From assembly GCA_951406725.2 (NCBI GenBank), contig OX597824.1, positions 86,552,001 to 86,616,000 of the forward strand: DNA of 64,000 bases, read 5' to 3'. The translations under genes and the position numbers were made by a program. The stretch is from Octopus vulgaris. Taxonomy: Eukaryota. Below are positions 28,201 to 35,352 of the stretch, piece by piece (position 1 is the first letter of the stretch; the number at the start of each line of letters is the position of its first letter). The notes beneath the pieces are model-generated. The model made no database searches, had not been told where the DNA came from, and was given only the letters and a program-made list of their open reading frames with translations.

Positions 28201-31200
28201 TCGGATATTTTCGGTTTGAACGGCAGTTTTTTCTAGCGGTGTCATATGAAATTGTCACCCATAATTATGACCCTAGTATCGATCTATTGCATTTCAATCT
28301 GTTTTAGGGTTAGGGTTATGGTTAGGGGTGGGGGGAGGGTATCTTTTTTTCTTCGCAATCTGTTTCTTAAACGAGGGACATATTCATACGGCACAGAATG
28401 TTTTTTTTACCTTAATAGACGTCAGTGATTGGTTGAAATTGCAGAAATTAAAGAAAAAAAACAACAAATATCTTACAAACCATAGAATTTTCTCAATAAA
28501 GCCAAGAGAAAAAGATGTTTTATAAACACATCCTACCAGTATACGAAGTTTAAAATTTTTTTAGTTACCTAGAAATTATGTTAAAAACTGCCATTCAAAC
28601 CGAAAACATCCCAGTAATCCTGTCAAACAATATAAAAATATAATTACCTTGCTTCTTCTCGAACCTTTTGCAATAAGATTTCCTCTTCTAGAGGGAGCTA
28701 AAGTTAAAGAAAAATTTTGAAATATAAAATAGCCATCCAAAATGAGGATAAAAATTCCAAACTAAACCTATAATTTAGAACACAGAACAATTCTTTTCAT
28801 TTTGTTTTACGGCCACATTTTTAATGCTATCATACATGAAAAGATTTGTATAAACTTATCTATTTGTATCTTGTCAGATCAATTGTTTTTAAAACCAGAA
28901 ACCATGTCTATCAGTAAAAATGCATTCATAAAGTAAAAATGGAATCTGGTTATGAGCTAGATTGACTGGGTCAACCAGGGTTATGCCCTTTGCCCATGGG
29001 GCAACAATATGTTGTAATATAAATTTGAACTTGTGGTCAACAGGTTAGCCTTAATTTCAAATACTATTCAGTAGTAAAAAAACATGTATATGCACATTTG
29101 AATGCACATTGCTTTTATATATAAATGTACATATATATGCATACGTACACACATGCACACATAGATATATAGTTATTTAGAAAAGAAAAGAAATGTGATA
29201 TACAATCATACAGGCTAGTTTTCCTATAGATCTTGTCTTTTCTTGAGACAGCATTCACCCGGGGTGGGTTGAGCTGGCTTCATTCATCCTCAGCGCTGCA
29301 TCTCTCACAAACGCCGACAAGACCTGGCAATTTGAGGCTAACGATCGTGTGATCTCCAATCACTCCTTATTCCAGCGGCGAACGTCGTAGATATGGGGCT
29401 TAGGTTGGGTTCCAGATCAGCCTTGACTGTCATCAGCCAGGTTTTTCATTGTCCACCACATCGCTTTCGCCAACCCTGAGGGGGAGCTGGAGCAATTGCT
29501 TCGTAGATGAATTCTCCTGGTTGACGATGGAGGGCATGACCCAGCCAATGCAGACGTCTCGTTAGGATGGCTTGTCGGAGGGAGGTGATTTTGCACTGGA
29601 CCTATAGATGTGAATGACTTCCAAAATCACTGAAAATATCCATGGATAACTGCTTTGAAACCTACAATATGTCTATCCTGATTATAAATTTACATTCATA
29701 CCAATAACTATTGTTGCACTTCGTTAAGTTAGTACAAGTCACAATCTGGAGATGATGGGATTCTCAAGCAAAGAAAAGAGATATCACCATCACCCTTTAA
29801 CATCTGTTTTCTATGCTGACATAGGTTGGACAGTTTGACCAGCAAGCTGGCAGAATCATTAGCATGCTGGGCGAGATGCTTAGCAGTATTTCGTCTGCTG
29901 TTACATTCTGAGTTCAAATTCCGCCGAGGTCAACTTTGCCTTTCATCCTTTCGGGGTCGATTAAATAAGTACCAGTTACACACTGGGGTCGATATAATCG
30001 ACTTAATCCATTTGTCTGCCCTTGTTTGTCTGCTCTGTATGTAGCCCCTTGTGGGCAGTAAAGAAATAAGTTTGACCAGAGTTGGCAAGCTGCATTAGGT
30101 TCCAGTCTGATTTAGCATGGTTTCTACAGCTGGATGCCCTTCCTAATGCCAGCCACTTTACAATGTGTGCCATGATCGGATGGTGCTTTTTACATGCCCC
30201 CGGCACGAGGCCAGTCGGGGCGGTGCTGGCAACAGCCAAGTTCGGATGGTTCTCTTACGTACCACTGGCACTGGTATCACAGCTGCAATTTCCATTAATG
30301 TTGATCGATTTCAATGTAATAAAATTATGCAGGACTTTCTTAAAGCTTGATACATAACAAAGACAGAGTTTTTATTTCTTAGAAATAAACCAACTCCCAC
30401 CTTCTAGAAAAAATGCTAATAAACAAAAAGAAAAAGACATACACGTATGTTTGTAAATATGTACATAGTATATGGTAAAATAAAAAAAATTGGGAAACTG
30501 AAAAAAAAAAAAAAAAAAATCACTATTTTTAAACAGTAGCTTACTTGACAATAGAATTTTGGAATGCTATAGTATGTGTTATTATTCTGAACATTGTTCC
30601 CCTTCCAAAGTTGATAATATTTGGTAAAAAGTTCTAATTCTTCCAGCTGAGATTTTTCTTTGCTTTCAGTAGCTAAAAGAGAAACAGGACACGAAAAAAT
30701 ATTTGGAAAATATTCAACAGCGAAAAGACAGAAAATTGATTGTTAAGAAAAATTAAGCTTTACATAATTGGTAGAGGCATGGCTGTGTGATAGGAAATTA
30801 GCTTCCCAACTACGTGGTTTCAGGTTCAATCCTACAGCATGGCACCTTAGACAAATGTCTTTTACTTTAGTCCTAAGCTAACCAAAGCCTTTCTGAGTAG
30901 ATTTGGTAAACAATAACTGAAACATGTATAAAAATACATGTGTGTGTATACATGTGTGTATTACTGTCTCCATGTCTTGACTTTGCATAGTAGTCGTAAA
31001 TTAATGTTTCTGTCATGCATGCAGTGCCCTTTATTTCCAAACTTCCATGACAACATGGAAACAGGTGGGGTTAGAAACAGGAAAGAACTTGACCAAAGAA
31101 AATCTGTTTCAAAATATTGTCTCATACTGTGTGAGCATGGAAAAATGAATACTAATAATAATGATGATGTTGATGATAAATTTAACTCTTTTAATACCAA

Positions 31201-32759
31201 TCCGACTAGTACTTTATTTTATCTACCGCGAAATGATGAAAAGCAAAGTTGACTACGGTGGGGTCTGAACGTAAAAACTCCGAAACTGCGAAGTATTCTG
31301 TCCAGCGCACCAACAATTCAGCTAGCTCACAACACTCTTTACTCTTTTACTTGTTTCAGTCATTTGACTGTGGCCATGCAGGAGCACCGCCTTTAATCGA
31401 GCAAATCGACCCTGGGACTTATTCTTTGTAAGCCCAGTACTTATTCTATCAGTCTCTTTTGCCGAACTGCTAAGTAACGGGGACATAAACACACCAGCAT
31501 CGGTTGTCAAGCAATGCAAGGGGGACAAACACTGACACACAAACATATACACACACACACATACATATATATGACGGGCTTCTTACAGTTTCCGTCTACC
31601 AAATCCACTCACAAGGCTTTGGTCGGCCCGAGGCTATAGTAGAAGGCACTTGCCCAAGGTGCCACGCAGTGGGACTGAACCCGGAACCATGTGGTTGGTA
31701 AACAAGCTACTTACCACACAGCCACTCCAACAGTTTCATATTTTGACACAAGGTTAGCAATTTTAGGGTAGCAGGTGAGTCGATTACATGGACCCCAGAA
31801 TTCAACTAGTATTTATTTTATCGAGCCCGAAAAGGAAAGTCAACCTCGGCGGAAAGCATTTTGTCCAGTGAGATAACGATCCTGCCGTCTTTTCGGAGTC
31901 AATTAAAATAAAGAACCAGTCAAGTACTGAGGTTGGTGCTATCAACTAAGCCCTTCCCCTCAAAACTGTTGGCCTTGTGTCTGAAGCCTTATTATTGTTA
32001 TTATTATTATTATTATTATTATACTTCATGAAAGCAATCTACTTTATGGAACAGAATGTTTATAAGAAGTTAAATAGGCGCAGGAGTGGCTGTGTGGTAA
32101 GTAGCTTGCTTACCAACCACATGGTTCTGGGTTCAGTCCCACTGCGTGGCACCTCGGGCAAGTGTCTTCTACTATAGCCCCGGGCCGACCAATGCCTTGT
32201 GAGTGGATTTGGTAGACGGAAACTGAAAGAAGCCTGTCGTATATATGTATACATATGTATGTTTGTGTGTGTTTGTGAGGCTGTGTTTGTCCCTCTAGCA
32301 TTGCTTGACAACTGATGCTGGTGTGTTTACGTCCCCGTCACTTAGCGGTTCGGCAAAAGAGACACCAATAGAATAAGTACTGGGCTTACAAAGAATAAGT
32401 CCCGGGGTCGATTTGCTCGACTAAAAAAGGCGGTGCTCCAGCATGGCCGCAGTCAAATGCCTGAAACAAGTAAAAGAGTAAAGAGTAATCGTTAATAAAA
32501 AAAAAACGATAATGAAAATAGCAAGTATTTGCCACGATATACACAAACACAAACGGGAAGATAACACAATTCACGGTTATATTTTTAAATGTTTAAAATG
32601 AAATCTCCAAGCTGACATTTTTAAGTAAAGCTTAACGAACAAGAAGTGTTTACTACTTAACGTTATCGTAAATTCAGGAAATAATGGCCATAAGAAGGTC
32701 GAACAGGAAAACTATGAAGATGTAACTACCATGGATAATATTGTTTAATAATGCGTATA

Positions 32760-32829
<70 letters not shown>

Positions 32830-33709
32830 GTAACTTCGGTATAGGTACCGGATACATTTCAAGAAAGTGTTTTTTTTATATATGGGGTGTTAGGGGTAAG
32901 CGCTAATATGAAGACATAATATGTGATATGTAAATAAATATATATTTTTACAACCATCCAGCATTCTGAACACCTATTTTCTTTCATATATATATATATA
33001 TTCCAAAAATAACAAAGGGTAAAATTAATTAATTAAGAAGTAATCAATAATTTCACCAAGTAGAATTCGACATGAAAAAAAGGACCATTTCATGGTGAAC
33101 TTAAATAATACTTAATAATTAGGGTTCAGCAAAGATTTGCTTTACCACATACCGAAGTTTAGAAATAGCAGCCCCAAAAAAAAAACGTTAGCTATTTCTT
33201 CTACTTTAAAAAGGGGCTCCCGTCCCATTTTGGTTTTTCTGGGAGTCCCTTTTTAAAGTAGAAGAAATAGCTAACGTTTTTTTTTTTTTTTTTTTTGCTG
33301 CTATTTCTAAACTTCGGTATGTGGTAAAGCAAATCTTTGCTGAACCCTAATTATTAAGTGTATATGTCCAAAAAGATGGGTTGAATTCGTGGTATCCAAG
33401 GCCATAATGGAATATCCACAAATGTTTAGGGAGAGATTCTTGATGCGTAAACAAACACTGACGAATAACATCTCTCGCAACAGGCCTTATAGTGTAATAA
33501 TAGTTATAAATGTTCGATTAATTGGTAAATACAAAGGGTTCTTATTCAGAATAACATAAAAACAAGAATGGACATCAAACGGAATTCTTAAGTTAACGGA
33601 AGTTTGGGTTGTTGTTTTTTTTACCAGTGTTAATCTCAAGACATGTCTTTAGTTTTCGCCGAAAATTCGCCACGTTTCTCACCCCTTGGTCTATCAGCGT
33701 CATGGTCAT
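1500..33709 (-). CDS. PPP2R3C: Serine/threonine-protein phosphatase 2A regulatory subunit B'' gamma, 13 exons: join(complement 33625-33709, 30545-30672, 28648-28697, 28041-28095, 25477-25589, 23524-23692, 22478-22522, 11304-11447, 8578-8714, 8268-8343, 6773-6910, 4375-4502, 1500-1620); 1389 nt, about 462 aa
   Basis: Manual translation gives peptides diagnostic of PPP2R3C: MQFFNYVMRKVWLHQTRIGLSLYD, DLENYILELIPTLP, FYSFYVCTAVRKFFFFLDP, NWFSAPSALRVYGQYLNLDKDHNGMLSKEEL, DYKTYLDFVLALENRKEP, ILIDLNDFWTYENRE. All introns are GT-AG, phases match, and the total length is divisible by 3. Confidence 0.95.
3970..4343 (+). mobile_element. Non-autonomous Helitron
   Basis: A|TC start, CTAG|T end, degenerate subterminal hairpin cccgagcaacaccagg. 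Confidence 0.8.
4375..4502 (-). CDS. PPP2R3C: PPP2R3C exon 12 (AIQEQMKRHKQEPILFEDVRDEIFDMVKPKEPFKITLQDLIH)
   Basis: tttcag acceptor, GTGAGT donor; DEIFDMVKP motif. Confidence 0.95.
4590..4987 (+). mobile_element. Non-autonomous Helitron; same family as 35973-36357 and 47872-48253
   Basis: A|TC...hairpin cccgagcaacgccggg...CTAG|T, no TSD; near-identical dispersed copies. Confidence 0.88.
5480..6580 (+). mobile_element. 5'-truncated CR1/L2-group LINE 3' end with a triplicated 3' UTR
   Basis: LYIAMVRPHLEFASPVWNPY...VQQRATKRIP...LPYSERL...FFTLRVAEAWNKLP; three ~235-bp UTR copies, each ending in (ATT)n. Confidence 0.85.
6773..6910 (-). CDS. PPP2R3C: PPP2R3C exon 11 (DYKTYLDFVLALENRKEPQSLQYLFRILDVQQKGYLDTFSLNYFYR)
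   Basis: tttcag acceptor, GTAAGT donor; conserved peptide. Confidence 0.95.
8268..8343 (-). CDS. PPP2R3C: PPP2R3C exon 10 (YGTGTLTDVFLDRIFQECLTYDGEM)
   Basis: ccacag acceptor, GTTAGT donor; conserved peptide. Confidence 0.94.
8578..8714 (-). CDS. PPP2R3C: PPP2R3C exon 9 (LRDEELSKEMQESNWFSAPSALRVYGQYLNLDKDHNGMLSKEELS), contains an EF-hand loop
   Basis: tttgtag acceptor, GTAATT donor; canonical EF-hand DKDHNGMLSKEE. Confidence 0.95.
11304..11447 (-). CDS. PPP2R3C: PPP2R3C exon 8 (LNILERSFYSFYVCTAVRKFFFFLDPMRTGKIKILDILACGFLDNLLE)
   Basis: Lies within ORF 11256..11477; tttcag acceptor, GTAAGT donor. Confidence 0.95.
11965..12010 (-). ncRNA. Degenerate minimal hammerhead-like motif (canonical CUGAUGA core)
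   Basis: Minus strand: GACAC-CTGATGA-AGGCTG(GAGGGTATAT)CAGAT-GAAA-CGTT-GTGTT; stem II is imperfect. Confidence 0.45.
13916..13963 (-). ncRNA. Putative minimal type I hammerhead ribozyme (U3-A8 variant)
   Basis: Minus strand: CATTACAG-TTGAAAA-GGTC(TCAAAAT)GACC-GAAA-CCGG-TA-CTGAAGTG; stem I 7/8 pairs, 4-bp stem II, palindromic stem III, GUA cleavage triplet. Confidence 0.65.
15830..16420 (+). mobile_element. Decayed RTE-clade LINE 3' fragment
   Basis: Frame reading EVVDSFHYL...RIRIGWANLRELLPLL...LSLRVKGRLYDACLQTTMLHGSE, with a later GRGRPRRTW. Confidence 0.75.
16703..17071 (-). mobile_element. Non-autonomous Helitron-like element with an extended terminal hairpin
   Basis: TC(TA)n 5' end on the minus strand; CTAG 3' end within the 16-bp perfect stem tgctagcactatgacc/ggtcatagtgctagca. 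Confidence 0.7.
17820..18204. mobile_element. TTAA-flanked MITE (third family)
   Basis: TTAA|CCCCTTCAGTCA ... TGACTAAAGGGG|TTAA. Confidence 0.6.
18518..18743 (-). mobile_element. Mariner-derived MITE (226 bp)
   Basis: Both TIRs and TA flanks; keeps only the FWEEGIFKLKERWR C-terminal piece. Confidence 0.9.
18813..19612. repeat. Compound (GAT)n/(GGT)n trinucleotide array with a ~21-bp higher-order unit (GTAGTGATGATGATGGTGGTG)
   Basis: Directly visible; produces the spurious poly-His, poly-Pro/Ser and poly-Met/Val ORFs. Confidence 0.97.
22478..22522 (-). CDS. PPP2R3C: PPP2R3C exon 7 (DLENYILELIPTLPR), 45 nt
   Basis: ctgcag acceptor, GTAAGT donor; near-identical to the vertebrate peptide. Confidence 0.93.
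22976..23395 (+). mobile_element. tRNA-headed SINE family A (representative). Other copies at about 1865-2245, 14642-15030(-), 20108-20515(-), 25010-25460, 31335-31727(-), 32077-32486, 45212-45612, 46303-46675, 56398-56815
   Basis: Shared head GGCGCAGGAGTGGCTGTGTGGTAAG...GGTTCAGTCCC (A/B boxes), CORE-like CCTTGGGCAAGTG, internal (TA)/(TG) microsatellite, GTAAAAGA tail. Confidence 0.9.
23524..23692 (-). CDS. PPP2R3C: PPP2R3C exon 6 (SFFTATIFGKL...MQFFNYVMRKVWLHQTRIGLSLYDVTGLGYLKET)
   Basis: Overlaps ORF 23428..23625; attcag acceptor, GTAAGC donor. Confidence 0.95.
23859..24387. repeat. Long fold-back inverted repeat (arms over 200 bp) in PPP2R3C intron 5
   Basis: atatgagggaatattattccaaacttacagggaaaaattcaatttagaa... 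is matched by its reverse complement ending at 24387. Confidence 0.92.
24115..24165 (-). ncRNA. Putative minimal hammerhead-like motif (G3-C8 variant)
   Basis: Minus strand: TTTGTCA-GTGAACA-G-GTCGC(GGTCTTAAA)GCGAC-GAAA-ATATCT-TGACAAA; 7-bp stem I and 5-bp stem II. Confidence 0.55.
25477..25589 (-). CDS. PPP2R3C: PPP2R3C exon 5 (HLWFLLDKHHTPPLVADEQMINYHDFLKVAEQAGSKC)
   Basis: tttgtag acceptor, GTATGG donor; conserved peptide. Confidence 0.93.
25665..26180 (-). mobile_element. SINE-like family C (representative). Other copies at about 7003-7310, 13410-13600, 14270-14540, 22640-22935, 27460-27770, 42688-42965, 60850-61120
   Basis: Shared TTAGGAAGGGCATCCAGCTGTAGAAAC...CCATGCTAGCATGGAAA, (GAT)n tail and internal ~60-bp subrepeats (GGCACGTAAAAAGCACC). 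Confidence 0.85.
28041..28095 (-). CDS. PPP2R3C: PPP2R3C exon 4 (ALFLQRRSRVLLGNEELQ)
   Basis: tgttag acceptor, GTAATA donor; conserved peptide. Confidence 0.92.
28203..28611. mobile_element. MITE with GG termini and 8-bp TSD (Merlin-like) in PPP2R3C intron 3
   Basis: TIRs GGAT.TTTTCGGTTTGAA.GGCAGTTTTT; perfect TSD cagtaatc at 28195-28202 and 28612-28619; internal TTAGGG repeats. Confidence 0.85.
28648..28697 (-). CDS. PPP2R3C: PPP2R3C exon 3 (LPLEEEILLQKVREEAR)
   Basis: ctttag acceptor, GTAATT donor; matches LPAEDEVLLQKLREESR. Confidence 0.9.
29225..29600 (-). mobile_element. Decayed RTE-like LINE 3' fragment
   Basis: Minus strand reads RRLHWLGH...PLRVG...PGxxQSRLIW, the typical RTE C-terminal pattern; locally GC-rich. 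Confidence 0.55.
30545..30672 (-). CDS. PPP2R3C: PPP2R3C exon 2 (TESKEKSQLEELELFTKYYQLWKG...IPKFYCQ)
   Basis: tcttttag acceptor, GTAAGC donor; LFTKYY.LWKG and IP.FY motifs. Confidence 0.9.
33110..33359. repeat. Near-perfect fold-back palindrome (~110-bp arms, ~19-nt loop) in PPP2R3C intron 1
   Basis: acttaataattagggttcagcaaagatttgctttaccacataccgaagtttagaaatagcagc is exactly inverted at about 33297-33359. Confidence 0.95.
33625..33709 (-). CDS. PPP2R3C: PPP2R3C exon 1 (MTMTLIDQGVRNVANFRRKLKTCLEINT, phase 1)
   Basis: ATG at 33709 (alternative ATG at 33703) is open to a G|GTAAAA donor whose phase matches exon 2. FRRKL loosely resembles the vertebrate N-terminal LRRRL. This is the least conserved exon. 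Confidence 0.7.
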
Positions 33710-34039
33710 TAATTTCTGTTGAGACTCAACGACGAATACCGTCGGTTTCTTCAGTAAGAAGTTAAATAATTCGGTTCATACGAGTGTCTGTCCATTATCT
33801 CCGCAGACGACAAACATCTTCCACCATCTTCGAATTTCCTTCCGACTAAATGAATTCTGATTGGCTGGCGATGAAGTCACGTGTCTACAGGAAGCTCGTG
33901 GCTTGTTTCTTTAATTGCAAAACATTTGTCCAGCGGATGTCTTCGGGATTTCGGCGACGCATTTACAAAAACCACTTTCCCTCGAACTTTGCCATTCAAA
34001 ATCGACACATATATAATATTTAATATTATTAAAACAACC
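33710..34039. promoter_or_regulatory. Bidirectional promoter shared by PPP2R3C and the sterol reductase
   Basis: 330-bp repeat-free, CpG-retaining gap between divergent ATGs. It holds a CCAAT box (ctgATTGGct, 33857-33866), an E-box GTCACGTG (33876-33883), an ETS-like CAGGAAG (about 33888-33894) and a YY1-like AAGATGG on the minus strand (about 33824-33830). Confidence 0.75.
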
Positions 34040-35335
34040 ATGGAAGCTTACAGAAACAACCGTGTAAATAAAAAAGGTGCCAACAAAACAGAAAAAACAA
34101 CTGATCTGGAATTTGGTGGCGTTTTGGGGACTGCAATAAACATTGTAGCTTTGCCATGCACCGTCATTATTATGAATCTCATGTGTAACGAACAAACGTG
34201 TAAATTCGGTCAGTTACCTTTCATTTATAACTGGTGGACGTATTTTGTCGATTGGACTGCAGTGTCGATGTTTTTATTTTGGATGATATTCCAATCTTTC
34301 TTGGCTATACTGCCTATTGGAAAATTGTACCAAGGTGTCCCATTAAGAGATGGGTCGCGACTTCAGTACAGATGCAACGGTTTCCTAGGTCTATTAATAT
34401 CTATATTTGCTTTTGTAGTTGCTGTCCACATGGGTTTCCCAGTTAGCATTATATACGACAAGTTTTTTCAAATGATGATATCTGCTTTAATTTTCAGTTA
34501 CATTTCGAGTGTTTTACTTTACGTAAGATCTTGGAAAGTTGCACCTTCAAAACTAGCTCCGAATGGAAACTCTGGGAATATTTTTTACGATTTCTTCATG
34601 GGACATGAACTCAACCCAAGGATCGGTTCTTTCGATTTGAAATTCTTTTGTGAGATGCGTCCAGGATTAATCGGTTGGGTTATTATTAACCTTAGTTTTG
34701 TCGTAAAATCCTATTTAGATAATTTTGGGCCATCACCTGCTCTCTTGCTTGTAACCATCTTCCAAGGCTTCTATATAGTCGATGCTTTATGGTTCGAAGA
34801 AGCTATATTAACCACTATAGATATGACCTCTGATGGGTTCGGTTTCATGTTGTGTTTTGGTGACCTCGTCTGGGTACCGTTTTTGTATACACTGCAGGGT
34901 AAATACCTTATGACGCAATCCCACAGCCTTCCGTGGTATATTTTAACTGCATTAACTGTCATAAACTGTATTGGTTACTTTATTTTCCGTTCAGCTAATT
35001 CCCAGAAAAATACATTTAGACGTGACCCCAAACATCCTTCGGTTGCGCATTTGCAAAGTATCGCCACTTCATTCCCCAATCGCCGATTATTAGTATCTGG
35101 ATGGTGGGGCATCTGCCAGAAACCTAACTATTTAGGAGACATTATTATGTCTCTCTGCTGGTCTTTGACTTGTGGGTTCGGAAGCATCCTTCCTTACTTT
35201 TACCCAATTTATTTAATCATTTTATTAATCCATCGTGAGAGACGAGATTCGGCTGCGTGTGAAAAGAAATATGGAAATAGCTGGAAGAAATATTGCAGTA
35301 AAGTGAAATATCGAATTATTCCTTATATATACTAA
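34040..35335 (+). CDS. Intronless Delta14-sterol reductase (ERG4/ERG24 family, TM7SF2/LBR-like), 431 aa, multi-pass membrane protein
   Basis: Motifs LEFGG, RLQYRCNG, GNIFYDFFMGHELNPRIGSFDLKFFCEMRPGLIGW, DGFGFMLCFGDLVWVPFLY, ANSQKNTFRRDP, LLVSGWWG...PNYLGD, LLIHRERRD...C.KKYG..WKKYC.KVKYRIIPYIY. The ATG at 34040 has a strong ACCATGG Kozak context; the listed ORF starts at an upstream GTG. There is no LBR Tudor/RS N-terminus, so the symbol is left blank. Confidence 0.95.
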   Translation: MEAYRNNRVNKKGANKTEKTTDLEFGGVLGTAINIVALPCTVIIMNLMCNEQTCKFGQLPFIYNWWTYFVDWTAVSMFLFWMIFQSFLAILPIGKLYQGVPLRDGSRLQYRCNGFLGLLISIFAFVVAVHMGFPVSIIYDKFFQMMISALIFSYISSVLLYVRSWKVAPSKLAPNGNSGNIFYDFFMGHELNPRIGSFDLKFFCEMRPGLIGWVIINLSFVVKSYLDNFGPSPALLLVTIFQGFYIVDALWFEEAILTTIDMTSDGFGFMLCFGDLVWVPFLYTLQGKYLMTQSHSLPWYILTALTVINCIGYFIFRSANSQKNTFRRDPKHPSVAHLQSIATSFPNRRLLVSGWWGICQKPNYLGDIIMSLCWSLTCGFGSILPYFYPIYLIILLIHRERRDSAACEKKYGNSWKKYCSKVKYRIIPYIY

Positions 35336-35352
35336 AAGTGAATTTTTCGGGG

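Noticed and set aside
32570-32620. ATG TCA GCT TGG (MSAWR...) as PPP2R3C exon 1
   Set aside because: An in-frame TAA occurs before any donor site; 33625-33709 fits the phase and promoter position.
33881-34039. 53-aa N-terminal extension of the reductase in the ORF track
   Set aside because: It starts at a GTG inside the promoter E-box; the first ATG (34040) has a strong Kozak context and sits just before the homologous region.
34040-35335. Horizontal transfer from bacteria, or DHCR7 identity, for the intronless reductase
   Set aside because: The motifs (EFGG, DLKFFCEMRPGLIGW, terminal YRIIPYIY) are of the animal LBR/TM7SF2 type; nothing visible supports a bacterial origin or DHCR7, though only a phylogeny can exclude them.
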